Shown here piece after piece: positions 18,786 through 34,029 of a DNA stretch of 64,000 nucleotides. A program made the translations under genes and the position numbers. Source of the stretch: Eledone cirrhosa (taxonomy: Eukaryota). The stretch covers positions 324,942,001 through 325,006,000 of the forward strand of contig OZ024742.1 of the NCBI GenBank assembly GCA_964016885.1. The letters run 5' to 3'. The notes under the pieces were generated by a model, which was not told where the DNA came from, did not search any database, and was given only the letters and a program-made list of their open reading frames with translations. Numbering within the stretch: the first letter of the stretch is position 1; each line of letters opens with the position of its first letter.

Positions 18786-20785
18786 TGATATATATATTTA
18801 TATATATATATATAACTATGCTCCAGAATATATAAACGTATATTCACAGCGTAGTCTACGAGAATGTGTTATGTGATGTCTCTTACAAGTATATTTTCAT
18901 CATTCTTTTTTCAATGTATAACTTCATTGATTTTATTTGAAATTATTTTCCCTCCGACACAAAATATATGGTGTTTTTATTTTTAATGTTGTTGATAGGA
19001 CTGGTTTGGGAGATTTAAGTAACTGATCAATATCTTTGAACTCTAGGAAGTGATTAACTTAATTTGTTTTTGTTAATTTAAATAAGTTTTTAATCTGCTC
19101 TGTTTGAAAATATATTTTTATATTTTGATTTAAATTTAATTACTTATTTAAATTTAATTATTTATATCAAACGAAAATATGTTTTTGTTGATTCTTAATA
19201 TTTATTTTTGATAGTGACACACACAAACACATCTCCCCCAAAACTTACAGATATATACGCGCGTACATAGATATGAGTATGTGTATGTGTTTCTCCGTGT
19301 ATATGTGCGTGTAAGTTTAAAATATATATATATATATACACACACGCACTCACACATATTACACACATTACACAGACATAGAAATATATATATATATATT
19401 TATATATATATATATATTTACATGAACATCTATAGCTGTAGATTGAGTAGACTAATGGAATATGAATATATATACTTCGAAGAATGTATAGTGGAGTTAT
19501 GCATTATTTATTTCATTATTCTTTCGGTTTCTATTCAAATATTAAATATAATTTATCATAATTTAATCGTCATGTCAGGAGGTCGTACGAGCGGCTGGTG
19601 ATTATATAGTCAGAAACTACTCCACCAATCCATAGAGCCTATAACACTATATCACTTTTATAATACATTATTTGCTGTGTAGCATGAATGCCATTACACA
19701 TCATTTCTATTTTTTCTAAAGTATTGTAATTTTGTAGTTATTTAGTACAAAGGCAATAATTAATCCAGGAGTATAAATAATAATTTTCTTTGTGCTGTTG
19801 TTGCTTTTGTTCTACTACTGTTGGTAATGTTATAAGTTGTTGTTGTTGATATGTTCCGTCAGTACAAATATTTCTCGGAATTACGAATATCTTTATTCAA
19901 AGACAGAGCCGCCGTTATGTATTTTCTGTTAATCAGATAGTGTATCCTGAAAATAAATGATGGTCAGGCTTGTGTTTGTAAATGAATTAATTTCTCGTCG
20001 TCGACTTTAACTGAGTCCAGAAATAACAAGGAAGATATAAATGTCGATACAGCAAGCAGCCAGAACAAGTGTGTTGTTCTCGGGATAACTTAAAGCAATG
20101 GACAAATTCGTAACATTGAGAGTAGAAGACTGAATCAGAGAAACAAAGAATCCATTGAGTTAAGCTACCATTTGTGATTAGATAAGGTTTAGTATTTATG
20201 AACTGGGGAAGAAAGAATGTGGAGAGAAAAATATTGCAGGGAATAAAGGCCTGTTTCTACAAAGTGTCATCATATTAAACTAACTGCTGCGGCAATAAAT
20301 TCATAACGTATGGATGTTGTCTACAATATAGAGGAGGCAGCGTTATATTGAAGGAGAATTCCACCATGGACCTTGACTGATAATGAAAATAAGAACATGG
20401 CATTATGATTTAAAGCTGTTTGTAACGTATTAAACTTCCTATATGGGTATAATGCTTCAGGAGCTTTGAAAGATTGTCTTCAACTATGAATCACCCCAGT
20501 TAAATAAGTTATAATTGCTTCTATATTGTATCCTGAAAAAGAATACGTTGGATACCTTTTCCTTGACTGTTGCACAAACCATTATTGCACAGTTATTTAC
20601 AACTTCTTTATTGAGAATAATTTCCCTCCAAAGGCTATTTGTTTTTTAAGCTTTCTAGCTGGCCTTAATCCAAATTCTGATGAAACGAAGCTAAAAGAAG
20701 CATACATACACACGTATATATGTGTGTGTATGTATGTATGTGTAATATATAAATATATATATACATATACATCGATATAAATACA

Positions 20786-21343
<558 letters not shown>

Positions 21344-21803
21344 CTATTAATAGATTTGCTAATAAAATAATCACTAACTCAATAAATTGTAACTTAATAT
21401 AATTTCCGACATCCTCGATAGCACTACATAAAATTTACTGAGCAACGCCAAGAAAACAATGTATTAAAAATTTGCCAATGTCGCCAAATACACAAATACG
21501 TTCAAATCGATGAGCAACGAGTATTATTAGCACCGGAATCGTAGAGAATGTAGTTACGACAAAGAGAATATCTAAATGTGAACACGAACCGATACATGCA
21601 TACAAGAATACATGCACGCACACACACAATCAGTCTCTCTCTATCTCTCCCTGTCCCCTCTCTCTATGTATATGCATATATATATAGATATTATATATTT
21701 AGAGATATATAAAAATAAGTTTCGGATTTTATAAACATTGATAACATACTAGCCAATAGTAGAGAAGGTATTGTCACGTTGTTATGTTACACTCTTTGAT
21801 ATA

Positions 21804-21884
<81 letters not shown>

Positions 21885-21895
21885 CTATACCTATA

Positions 21896-21931
<36 letters not shown>

Positions 21932-21968
21932 ATTAAATAAATGGAAACTATATTTATAAAACCATATT

Positions 21969-22034
21969 TATTTCATTATATATATTTCAGGTATATCATA
22001 TTAACAATATGCTATGCCTTCCTCAGACAAAATA
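21969..22034 (-). ncRNA. type I hammerhead ribozyme motif (AUAUAUAU stem-III group)
   Basis: UAUUUUGU CUGAGGA AGG-c-AUA-g-CAUAUU-guu-AAUAUG-a-UAU-a-CCU GAAA UAUAUA UA AUGAAAUA. Confidence 0.7.
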
Positions 22035-22509
22035 CAATATAAACAGTTTTATAGATAAATAGATTTGACATACCGTAACAACATCGACTTGTATTTGAAA
22101 AAGTTGATTTGGCACTGCCAATACAAGAAACGTCCTCATTCGGTCGTCAGACAAGGCAATTTAAAACATAGTGAAATATTTGAAAAATCTCCTCAAGAAA
22201 GGCAAAAGTTTAACGGGCAAAAAGAATATATAAATAAAAGTAATGCCAGAGATATATAAAAATAAAATAAGGAAATATAGTTAGGGTATGTGTATAAATG
22301 TGTGTATATGCACTTATAAATGTACATATATTTGTATGTACAAATGCATGTTTACAGTGAAAATATGTGTGCGTAAGTACATACATGAGGGCAAGCATAT
22401 CAGTGTATGTGTGACCACAAATACGTATATAATATATGTTGAAAAAAGAAATTGTAAGATAATAGAGTTAACGCACATACAGACTCAGGGACTATATATA
22501 TATAGATAG

Positions 22510-23830
22510 ATATTTGATACTACGAGGAAGACATTAAACCATTCTTTAATTTATCGAGTTGTACCAGACGGACCTTTGTCTGCTATTTCTAGCGGCTTTA
22601 TAAGCCTGTTGCATAGTCCTTATATGGTGAGACATTTTTTATCACGTAATATTTCTACTATATAACATTTGGGCGATATTAATATCATCTAGTATATATC
22701 CCATTTTCCCTTTTCTTAGGACTTTGGCCAGGGCCATCATGCAGATGACAAATAAAAGCAGTGATAAACTGTCTCCCTAAAATATACCCCTTCGTATGTT
22801 AATAGGAAATAAACTATTTTCCAGCTGACCATAAATCTTTCTATAAATCTAATTACATTGTCTGGAAGTTTTGTAAATTAGACACCCTAATAACAACTAT
22901 TGGAACTATGTCGTAGGGTTTCTTTTAGTCCGCCTACGCCTTGGCTAACTTCTTGTGTTGCATTTTTCAATCTGTATGGCTTGTTTTATAAACCAGCAGT
23001 GGATCTTTTGTACCCTTGCTGTTCTTTCTGCGCATTTCCCCCACTCTAAGTAGAATTTCATACTCTTCAAATAACTTATACACGGTCCCTGAGATGATTC
23101 CAATCATACGTTTCCACATTAAAGTTAAGAAAACTGTGGGTCAAACCTTTCTACTACATTTCCGTTAGCAGGGTCCTACTGACAGAGCACACTCCTACAC
23201 GTTGTCATCCATATAGTTATCTCTGCATGGCTGTTTAACCTATTATTCATCTGTGTTGCGATTCCCTCATGTAACGATGTCTGTCAATTTCTTCAACCAA
23301 AAGCCATGGACCTCACTAGGTCACTCTTTTTTCCTTACAATTACGCTCGAGGTACTCATGGTACACTAATTTCTCTATCATATTAGAACAATCTATTAAT
23401 TCTGTACTGTTGTCTACTTTGTTCAAATGTTCTTAGCTTGGACGCCCTGAACTACAACCTTTGTTTCAAATCCTCAATAACGGCGTTTATAACTTTATTC
23501 TGTACATTATACTTCTTTTCTATTTCAGGGTGTTTATTACTCTTCTATATTACCCTTCGCCTTTTACATTCTAAAATGTTAATATGCCTTCATAATTCGT
23601 TAAGTCCCTATAGTCCATAAAGTTCGTTCAGGTAAACCCCTCTCATGATCTCGATAATCTCATTAATCCACTCCTTCTTTTCGCTCCTTTCATTCGTCAC
23701 AATTTCACTTGTCTCATCATCTCCTTCCTCAGTTGTGACCTCTAGAGATATGTCTCTCCTTATATCTTTCAATGCGACTTCTGTTAGATTAACCTGTTTT
23801 CGAATCATCCGCATCGGATCACTTCTTTCA
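22510..23830 (-). mobile_element. highly degenerate R4/Dong-type element (N-terminal and RT part)
   Basis: RMIRKQVNLTEVALKDIRRDISLE resembles IRSNGWISELELAELSREISLE in ORF 34173. Scattered RT remnants follow. Confidence 0.55.
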
Positions 23831-24751
23831 GAGGAAAGAAAGAAAGAGAGAGAGAAAGAGAGAGAGAGAAAGATAGGGAGAGGGAGTACTTAAATACATG
23901 TATATATATATATATTAGAAAAGGGAAGTGAGGTTCTATACAAAACAGTGGGTATAGAGAAAAGATGAAGTTGTAAATAGCACGGGAGATATGTTTAAGG
24001 GTCTGTTTTTCTTTTTTGATTCGTCAAAGTGACATTATTGAAAAGATAGTGTTATTAAAAAGATAATGTCATTAAAAAAAGAGAGGGAAAATTCTTTTTT
24101 GAAAATATTTTTATGAAGTATATAAAGTGTATGAGAAAATGACCGGTTTCGATGTATTAAGATCCATCTTGTCAAATTCAGTGAAAAAAGTCAATTAAAA
24201 AGGGAATAAAAAAAGGTTTAAAATTAAAATCAAAAACGAATGTTTGAGTAAAATTTCTTCCACCATGCCTTCTATATATATATACATTGGTGCAGACATG
24301 GTCACCCACTCCGTATGTAAATAGACATAACTTTATCGTACACATCAGCTGCTACAGCACTTTTTAATATATATCTGAAGTAATTGTCAACACGAGCTCT
24401 AATTATATGTAAATTAGTACGCCCATTTCAGAATAATACTAAGAGCAACTGAGTTTATAAACATATCAAATACATGTCTCCGTGTATTTGTTTGGCTGAT
24501 ATATTCATCTTCGGATAAGGATTTATCATGTCTCTGAGTCTGTGTGTGCGTGAATATACGTTCTTTTTTGTGTGTTCTCAAGTATGTTAAGCTTTATATC
24601 TACAAAAGTTATTTACAGTTTCAAAACAGTTTATGTGATTATGAGGAAAATGGCCCATTTAACTATGCATAATCTACTTGTAGTTTCTTAGCTCAACACT
24701 TTCCATTTCATATAGTTAGATGTCATTATTGTTGTTTTTGTTGTTCATGGT

Positions 24752-24921
24752 GTTATCTAGGTTGTATTGGTGATGTCAGGACTCTATTGATACCTCCTAT
24801 AAGAACATACTACGTATGGCTATTGATACATAACAACAGCAGTGACAAAGACATTCGAAAAAACAACAACAAAACACACACACACTATCAAAATAATACA
24901 TACATAAACACCCACACATAC

Positions 24922-24989
<68 letters not shown>

Positions 24990-25111
24990 GCACCCACACA
25001 ATATCAGAATAATACACACATAAACACCCACACATACGTTTATATATACAGGCGGGCACAGAATTTCATACACAAATGCATATATACGCCATATCTACAT
25101 GCGTACATACA

Positions 25112-25143
<32 letters not shown>

Positions 25144-25151
25144 CACTGGCA

Positions 25152-25228
<77 letters not shown>

Positions 25229-25515
25229 GTATGTGTGGGTGTTTATGTGTGTATTATTTTGATATTGTTTGTGTGATTTTTGTTGTTGTTTTTTTTTCGA
25301 ATTTTTTGTCACTGCTGTCGTTATGTATCAATAGCCATTCGTAGTATGAGGTATCAATAGAGTCCTGACATCACCAATACAACCTAGATAACACACACAT
25401 AAATATATATATATATATATATATAACTGCCAGTGTATATCTATGTATGTATGTATGTACGCATGTAGATATGGCGTATATATGCATTTGTATATGAAAT
25501 TCTGTGCCCGCCTGT
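24752..25515. repeat. two-block inverted duplication around a (TA)n tract
   Basis: 24752-24930 is inverted at 25222-25392, and 25047-25155 is inverted at 25422-25515. Confidence 0.8.
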
Positions 25516-26172
25516 ATGTGTACACTTAATTCTATTTCTGTTTACTTGTGACTATTATTTCCGCTCAATGATAACAATAATACCATTACCCATATCACCT
25601 CTTGGAATCTCAAGTTTACGTTGAGCAAAATATAGTAGAAATTTCTTTGGCAAACATAATTACATAAGTTTGTCGAATGATTAATTTCATTTTCTAACAT
25701 CCAGTTTCAATCCATTCCAATTTAGTAAGAGACATAAATCTGATAAATGTTTCATCTTCAAATGTGTCGTTTTTTTTTAGTATAATGTGCTGCATTGGTT
25801 AATTTTGTCGGCATAGTCTTTGTCATTGTTATAGTTGCTGCCGTTGATTTTTTTCCAGTCTACTGTCGCTGGAATTCTTGTTATTTGTTCTGAGGAAATT
25901 TTTGTTTATTTTCTATTCATTTTTCTACTTTTATTTTCTCTCGATTTGTCTCCAGCTTTCTGGCAGACAGTAAGTTTCCTAACGTCATCAATATTAGATT
26001 ACACAGCATGAGAAATTAATAATTTAAAATGTGATGATTGTCACTGTCACTTTTTGTCATATATGTGTCTGTATGCATATATATACATACACAGACAAGC
26101 ACACAAACGCATACATACATACACACACACATATATGTATATGTATATATATATACATATATATATATATAT

Positions 26173-26722
26173 AAAGATTAGAATACTGGAGCGTGTTGGA
26201 GTCAAACACCCTCTTCGTATTATAGAAATGACAGTAAAAGGTATAGCTCAATGCAGTTAAACAGAGCCAAAAAATTAAGAGAGTAAAACAAAGAATCCTT
26301 TAATACATCAAAAGTTTATATTAGCCGACAATGTTTCGTCCTATTAAGGACTCATCAGGGCAATCAAAACAACAAGAGGTAATATCGGCAGATACAAGCC
26401 AGAAACTCTGAAGAATATGGAGTGTACATACACTAATGTCTTACAAAAATATATGATAATAAAAATGAAAATAAAAATAAAAATAAAAATAAAAATAATA
26501 AAAATATATAATAAGAATAACTAAGGATGTAGATAACATTAAGAACCATATTACAAATATAGTCCAAAGCAACTAACCTAAATCTAAACAAATTTGGTTA
26601 TATAGAGCAGGAATTATATATAACACAATATAATACATTATAATAATAATATACTTTTACCAACATTAAAATTACAAATTAAAAATTAAAAGGTACAATA
26701 TATACATGTATATATGTGCGCG

Positions 26723-26754
<32 letters not shown>

Positions 26755-27494
26755 ACAACACACACATCTATGTTTCACTACACAAAATTAAGCCCTATTA
26801 GAAGTTTGAATATTAAAAATAAGCATGATAAGAGTGAAAATAATACCAATACATCTACCCAATATACATGAGGCAATAATATGATATAATTACAAGAAAC
26901 ACATATAATAAATAATAAACAACAAAATTATATAATTCAATATAATATAATAAAATAGATAATCCCCGGTTAATTTACAGAAACAATATAGATGTCACAA
27001 TAAAATACAATGATAATACGTTAACAATGTGCTAACATTTACCATAAACAATATATACACATCGATTCATAGTGGGTTACAGAATAAATGAGGAAAAATA
27101 AATTATATAATATATAATACTCAAAAAACACTATAATGGTACAGGGAAAAATTATGATGTTACAGAAAAAAATTATGATGTTACAGAAAAAAATATACAG
27201 ACATCTAACATGATATGTAAAGTCTAAATATCGTAATGTTACATATGATGAACAGTAAGTAATAAGGATCAATATTACAATATTACAAAAATCCAGACAT
27301 CTTACATGATATGTAAGATGTCTGGATTTTTGTAATATTGTAATATTGATCCTTATTACTTACTGTTCATTATATGTAACATTACGATATTTAGACTTTA
27401 CATATCATGTTAGATGTCTGTATATTTTTTTCTGTAACAACTTTTTTTCTAATAAAAACTTTTGATGTATTAAAGGATTCTTTGTTTTACTCTC

Positions 27495-27498
<4 letters not shown>
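26173..27498 (-). mobile_element. non-coding PLE 3' remnant with terminal inverted segment, internal palindrome and hammerhead
   Basis: 43-bp inverted repeat at 26275-26317 and 27456-27498, palindrome with 128-bp arms at 27180-27438, and (TA)n flanks. Confidence 0.75.
26320..26365 (-). ncRNA. canonical minimal type I hammerhead ribozyme
   Basis: AUU-GCC CUGAUGA GUCCU-uaau-AGGAC GAAAC auu GUC GGC-u-AAU, with all core nucleotides canonical. Confidence 0.85.
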
Positions 27499-27571
<73 letters not shown>

Positions 27572-28768
27572 ATATCGTGTGTGGTGGGCGTGTTATGTAT
27601 GTATGTGTCTTATGTATGTATGTTATGTATGTATGTATGTTATGCTTGTTTGAGTGTGGGTCTGTAAAATACATTTAAGAATCTGACGTGTAGTAAATAA
27701 ATAAGTAACGGATATATAATGCCGGCCAGAAACAAGAGTAGAAAATTGAACATAATAATAATGATTATGCGTCTCTCAAAGACGTTATTTTACAGAAACA
27801 TGCCGCTAGTGTGTACAAGAAAAGTAATTCAGTCAGAATTTATTTTCAATTTTCGTAATGTTTTATAAACTTTCCTTATTAAATGTACCAAAATATCGCT
27901 TTTAAAAATGAATCGAAATGAATTAAACATGAGCATTTCACTACAACTTTGATAGAACGTTCTTGTTTAAATGAAGAAGTCAAGGAAATAGATATTTCTA
28001 TTAAAGATGATATCTTATAAATGACGAAATCAGAGAAATGTACACAAACTCATCGTAGGAAGTTTATATACTGATTCAATTTAAACACTTCACAATTGGA
28101 ATAACTAAAAGAATCAAACTTTCAAATTATACAATAACCTAAGTATATAAAAGAACAAGTACATTAAAAAGTATGCAGTAAATTATCGAGTCGTAGTAGC
28201 CTGTATTGAACCATACCTATAACATTGCTTATCCAAATCCTTCAACGTCTAATTTTCCGCCAAAATTAATAACCAAGATAAAATTAGTCGAAAAAACATT
28301 ATTATACTTTTGATGCATTGCTTATCGAGCAGAGAGTGTAAAGGTTGCTCAAAGACTGATTAATAGTAACGATGCATTCATAAGAACTGACATAATTATA
28401 GGAATGCAAACAGGCATTCGCAGCGTAGTTTTGAATATATATCTTAATTAGTTAACAGCGCTAATTATATGGCAAATTCGTACGCCCATTTCAGAATAAT
28501 ACTAAGCCTATCAATTACAAGTTTCTCTGTGTGTGTTTGGCTGGTGTACTCCCTTATGGATAAGGGTTAATTTAGGCACGAAAATCGATTAAAGCTGATC
28601 AGCATTTTTTTCAATTTACAGGGAAATTTATATTTTCTGGTATATATTTACATGACTACATATTAAATATGTAGGCATATATTTATAAACACATTGGTGC
28701 TGTCTCGATTACCTACTCTCTATGTATATAGATATAGCTTTAGCGTACACTTCCGCTACTTACGCACT

Positions 28769-28807
<39 letters not shown>

Positions 28808-29206
28808 TAATATCCAATTGAGTTCTTAAACACGTGGTTAAAATACCTAACAGGCTTCAATGACCAGCGTGTATATTATTTTATATTTTACGATGACCTC
28901 CCTTTCCCTTTTGGGAACAGTGTGAATTTTCGTTTCGAAGGACTACTGGCTTTTCAAATTTAGCTGTCCTTCTAGCACTGACGGAGACCTTCACTAATTA
29001 TTAATATCGATATAATTTTTTATATCGATATTGCATGGGCATCCACTGATGAGTTATAGGGGCCCGCTTGTGTGTATATCTATGGATTATATACAAGTTT
29101 CTACATAACCTGGACATTATTTATCTCAACTTGTTGAAATCTTATAACGCAACGATCGTATGGAAGGAAAGAGAGATTTACTTAATTGCGTCTCATATAA
29201 AATAAT

Positions 29207-29390
29207 TGTTTCTACTTTAGGCACAAGGCCAGCAATTACCCTGTTCATTACTGGTACTTTATTTTATCGACCCCGTAAGGATGAAAGGCAAAGTCAACCT
29301 CGGCGGGATTTGAACTCAGATCGTAAAGGGACGTAACTATGCTGGAAAGCATGGCGCCCGACCCTCTACCGATACTGCCAATCCACCGCC
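29207..29390 (-). mobile_element. SINE, same family as 15050-15237
   Basis: Near-identical to the 15050 copy. 17-bp direct repeat GTCTCATATAAAATAAT at 29190-29206 and 29408-29424. Confidence 0.9.
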
Positions 29391-29553
29391 TTTTTATATG
29401 AGACCGTGTCTCATATAAAATAATACAACCAGATATCCACGGAATACTGTATAGTTAGCACCCCAAACACTAAATTGGGATTATACTTAGGTATATCCTA
29501 ATGTTTGTTGAGTGAGATGGAGTTGGTCAGAGTATCGCTTAAAACTTTCTCTG

Positions 29554-29621
<68 letters not shown>

Positions 29622-29624
<3 letters not shown>

Positions 29625-29911
29625 TGTACCCCAGGCATTCGAGGCCTCGTTTATTCGTGGAATTTTCCTTAGAATCGAACTAATAATTGTTCGTGGAAAC
29701 CACGTAAATATCTTCCGCGATATTTAATGGGTTTTTTTTCCGTGGCAATATATATTTTTTCACGCTTTTTAACGTAAAATTATTAATAATAATATACCGC
29801 ATTTGCCAGCCTATATTTCACGCTTTTACAGACTACGTTCAATATTCGCGGTTTTTAACCCTTCGCCGGCGCTCTAGGAACGTAACCCACGCGAATGCCG
29901 CGGAAGAACTG
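29622..29911. mobile_element. Tc1/mariner-superfamily (pogo/Tigger-like) MITE
   Basis: Imperfect TIRs CAGTGTACCCCAGGCATTCG / CGAATGCCGCGGAAGAACTG, TA on both sides, no ORF. Confidence 0.7.
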
Positions 29912-30296
29912 TACATATATACATATATATATATGTATGTGTATATCGTACTTTTAGTCTGAAGTATGTCTACCTGCCTTATATACAAGTATACATACAC
30001 GCATAAACATAAACCTGTAGCTATGTATATTTATATGTTTATATATACGTATGTGTGTATACGAGATGTCAACATGAATGAACCTGTTATTTTTATCTAA
30101 ATACAATTTTTCAAATTCCAACCCACCCGTCCCCTCAATCTATCTTATTTCCTATTCTTTCTTCTTGTGAAGGACTAGCGACGAATCGTTAAGGCCCTCT
30201 TCCTGCTATATCAAGCGTTAACCTAATATATCCCTTCCATATACTGTACTGATTGTGTTGTTATTTCTGTTTACCTTTTACACACACACACACACA

Positions 30297-30387
<91 letters not shown>

Positions 30388-30388
<1 letters not shown>

Positions 30389-32290
30389 AGCAAAAGGGAT
30401 ATTTAATTTGTTGCTAATTCAACAAATATATATATTTATAACTGATTCGAAGCACTCGACAAGTTTTCTAGATTATAATATCAATGATATTAAATAAATG
30501 GAAACTATATTTCTAAAACCATATTTATTCTATTATATATATTTCAAGGGTACCAACATTTTGGTACGCCCTCATCAGGTAAAATACAAAGTTTGTTTTA
30601 TAAATATTGACATATTCAGGAAGAAGATCTTAACGGTTCAAGTTTTTCCTGGATAGTAAAAGGAAAGAAGAGAAAGAGAAGAAAAGTCAAATATTTCAAA
30701 TTATTAAGATGAGCATGCAAATGAGGTTGAGGTATAGGGCTGAAAAAAAAACCGTATATTTAGACGCTAGGTATATTTAAATGATTATTAAGATTTATAT
30801 ATGTATGTGTAGGAAAAAGAAAGAGAAAGGAAGAAAAGCTTGTATTTACGTGAATTTAAAAATAATTACCAGTTTGTAGGAACGGTGGAATATGATTCCA
30901 GAATTTAAAAATTTATTTAGCTATATTATGAGTTATAATATTATATATATAATCATTTAGATTAAATGTGGTTGTAAGTACATTTTATCTTATTACATTG
31001 CAAGAGGTTGTATATAAATATCTATATAGATTAATAATTGTGCAAGTATAAGTATTATTGGTGATTTTATAGAAATAAACCACACGTATTAATTGTTTAC
31101 ATTTCTAATATGTGTTACGAAGGACGTTGATTTTTAGATTTTACATAAATATTTAAGATAAGTATTTAAGAAAAAGACGTAGTTCAAGTTGTAAGAGAAG
31201 AATCAGTTTTGTTCCAGCATTGAAAATCTTTTAGAACATTGTTAATTTAGCGAAATTGTATAATTTATCATACAAGTTATCATGTCTATGTTTGCTCAAT
31301 TGCCAAGGAAAAAATAACTCCAATATTACTTGCTAACCATTAAATTTGATGAATGATTTATTTAGAAAGTATGTAGAGAAAATTATATATTATTTTGTGT
31401 GAGATTATAAGGTATTTTATATTATATATTTCTCAAGGATGAGAATTCTCAATTCCATATTATTTACGTCGAAAGATGTGTGAAAAGTTTGAAGATTAAA
31501 GAGCGGAAAAAATGTATTTTTAATTATTAGATAAGTCAAGAGTGCATTTCGAAGAACTATCGTAAAGAGGATATCATTCAGAATGTCAATTAAAGAGTAT
31601 CATTCTACATCTAAAGAATAGATTAAGAAGAGTATCATTAGGAAAAGAATATCAAATGGTAAACATACTAAATTTAAGAAGGAAGATAATTTAAACAGAA
31701 TTTAAATTTTTAAAGAAAAACTCATTAAATAATAAGATCATTTTAAAGGTGTTTAAGATATAGTCAAGTGTAATGAATATCATAGATTAAAAATACTTCG
31801 GAAAGTGGAATTTTGGCGATGTCTGCAAGAAGAAAATAATTCTGTTTTTAAATTAATAGAGTTTTGACAGTTAATTATATAAAAGATTTCCTCGATACAC
31901 AAATGACAGATTATTGAGAAAGCCATATTTCGGTATGCGGGTGCTTTCGAAATCGTTCCCCAAGATATTGAATAGTCTATATTGTTGTCCTTTAAATTCC
32001 AAATTAGATGTGAAAGTGAAGTGAAAGATTTTTTATCTGACCTATTAAATGTATGTTTGTAGTTGTACCAGCGTTCTTTGAATTTTGTAGAAGTGGCACC
32101 TATATAGTTAAATATTTTGTCTCTAATTTTAACTGTGAATTTATAAATTACGTTTTTGTCTAAGCAATTATTATGTAAAGGGTAGTTTGATTTAATTCTA
32201 CAGTTACATTTTCTGGAGTTGTTGTTACTAGGAACGGTATATTATTATGAATTTTGTTATTAGAAATATTATTATTGCCATCTTGGTTTG
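30388..32290 (-). mobile_element. 5'-truncated Penelope-like element: GIY-YIG remnant, long 3' UTR, hammerhead-bearing terminus
   Basis: Minus-strand translation of about 32210-31830 gives KCNCRIKSNYPLHNNCLDKNVIYKF...NYIGATSTKFKERWYNY...CHLCIEE (absent from the ORF track). The terminus is homologous to 61722-61960. Confidence 0.85.
30526..30586 (-). ncRNA. type I hammerhead ribozyme motif (AUAUAUAU stem-III group)
   Basis: UAUUUUAC CUGAUGA GGG-c-GUACCAA-aaug-UUGGUAC-c-CUU GAAA UAUAUA UA AUAGAAUA. The first stem-I pair is mismatched. Confidence 0.7.
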
Positions 32291-32543
32291 TTTGGTTAGG
32301 GTTTAAATGTCTAAGTCCAGCTGATCTCCTTTATCGTGGTGCTAGTGGTAGTGGTGTTAAGAGGTCAGCCAGAAGATCAATCTTAGTAGGCTGCTGCTAT
32401 GATCGGAAGAATTTATGTGTGTAGACTGGCATCTGTCCTGCGACCACTTCACGTGATGGGGGATGCCAAACAAAAAATGCGTGATATATATATATATAAA
32501 ATGTCGGAGACCATATTCAGTTGATTCAGATTTATTTAAAACT

Positions 32544-32601
32544 CCGTTATATATATTTCACTGAGGGCTATCAGTTAAGTTAGTCTGAGCTCTTAAGACG
32601 G
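32544..32601 (-). ncRNA. degenerate hammerhead motif (G5 to U)
   Basis: CCGU CUUAAGA GCU-c-AG...CU-c-AGU GAAA UAUAUA UA ACGG. Confidence 0.5.
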
Positions 32602-32889
32602 CAAAAACCTGAAATAAACTTTGAAAGCTCCTAATAAACCTTCAAATTTGAAAAAATCCAATAATTTTCCCCGATAAAGATTTTCTTTTCATGATACAGT
32701 GATTCGGCCGTCGAAGAAACAACACCACAATCAACACTTGAATATGGCCTACAATCTTTTGTTAATATATAATGCTCCGTATTGTACCATTTATACAGGC
32801 CTTTGAGCGCTTATTTTTATCTGCTTCACTACTGACAGACCATAATGTGATGCGCACATCCCTGTTCCGTTAACCCTATATTCTAATTG

Positions 32890-32974
<85 letters not shown>

Positions 32975-34029
32975 CATCTGTCTACACTATATAGAACAGC
33001 CAAACAACATCAATTTCACCAACACCAGAAACTAGATACACCACCTACCCTATCACCCCTCTGTGTACACTAAACACAACAGCCAGATAACGCCAATTTC
33101 ACCACCACCACCACCAATCTCAGCATAATAATAATAATTGCTATTATTAAACAAAATGTTTAATTCCAATATTAAGAACATATGTCAACACGTATACGCG
33201 ACTAACCCCATAGATTCACCGATCAAAATAGAGTCTATTCAATAAACCTCAGTAACGACAACGCCATCACTACAGTCACCGCTTCCGCCGTCCATCCGTC
33301 ATTACTACCACTATCCCATCACCGCCGCCACCACTCCTTCATTGCTACCACCGTTATCCCCCCATTACCTTCTGTTAACTTACGAAAGGGGAAGATGGTG
33401 GTATCACTAGACAATATTAATAAACAAGATTATTATTTAATTTTGGATCAGGAATGTTAGAGTCGAAAAGGAGGAAAATGACAAAATGACTAAATAACTA
33501 AAGATAATTTCACCACCAACACCACCACCACTACCACGATCAAAACTCTGGTCAAGTCGACTCAAACGCTATTTCTACTCCAACTTCAACACCATCACTA
33601 CAGTACTACGATCAATTCACCACCACCACTACCTCATTATCGCTACCGCCGCTAGTCTCTCCCACTACCTCCTGCTAGTTGCTGCTAGCACAGCACCGCT
33701 ACCACCACCGCCACCGCTGCCTCATTATCACTACCGCCGCTATTCTCTCCCGCTACCCCCTGCTAAAAGAGGAAGGCATCAAAATATATAAATAGACTGA
33801 ATTGATGACCCGGTCAAAATCAGAAAAACAAAAATCAAAATCAAAGCAGCACAGCAACAACGAAAAACGTAAAGAAAATAAAAATGAAGAGAAAAACAAA
33901 CAGACGGACAGAGAAGGGAAGGGAAAAACTAAGTCAGACATTCAAACACTACATTACAATGAAACTTATGCTTATTCATTTTTGGGGAGTTTTTTGGCCT
34001 GTTTATTTGTTTGTTTATTTATGTTCGTC

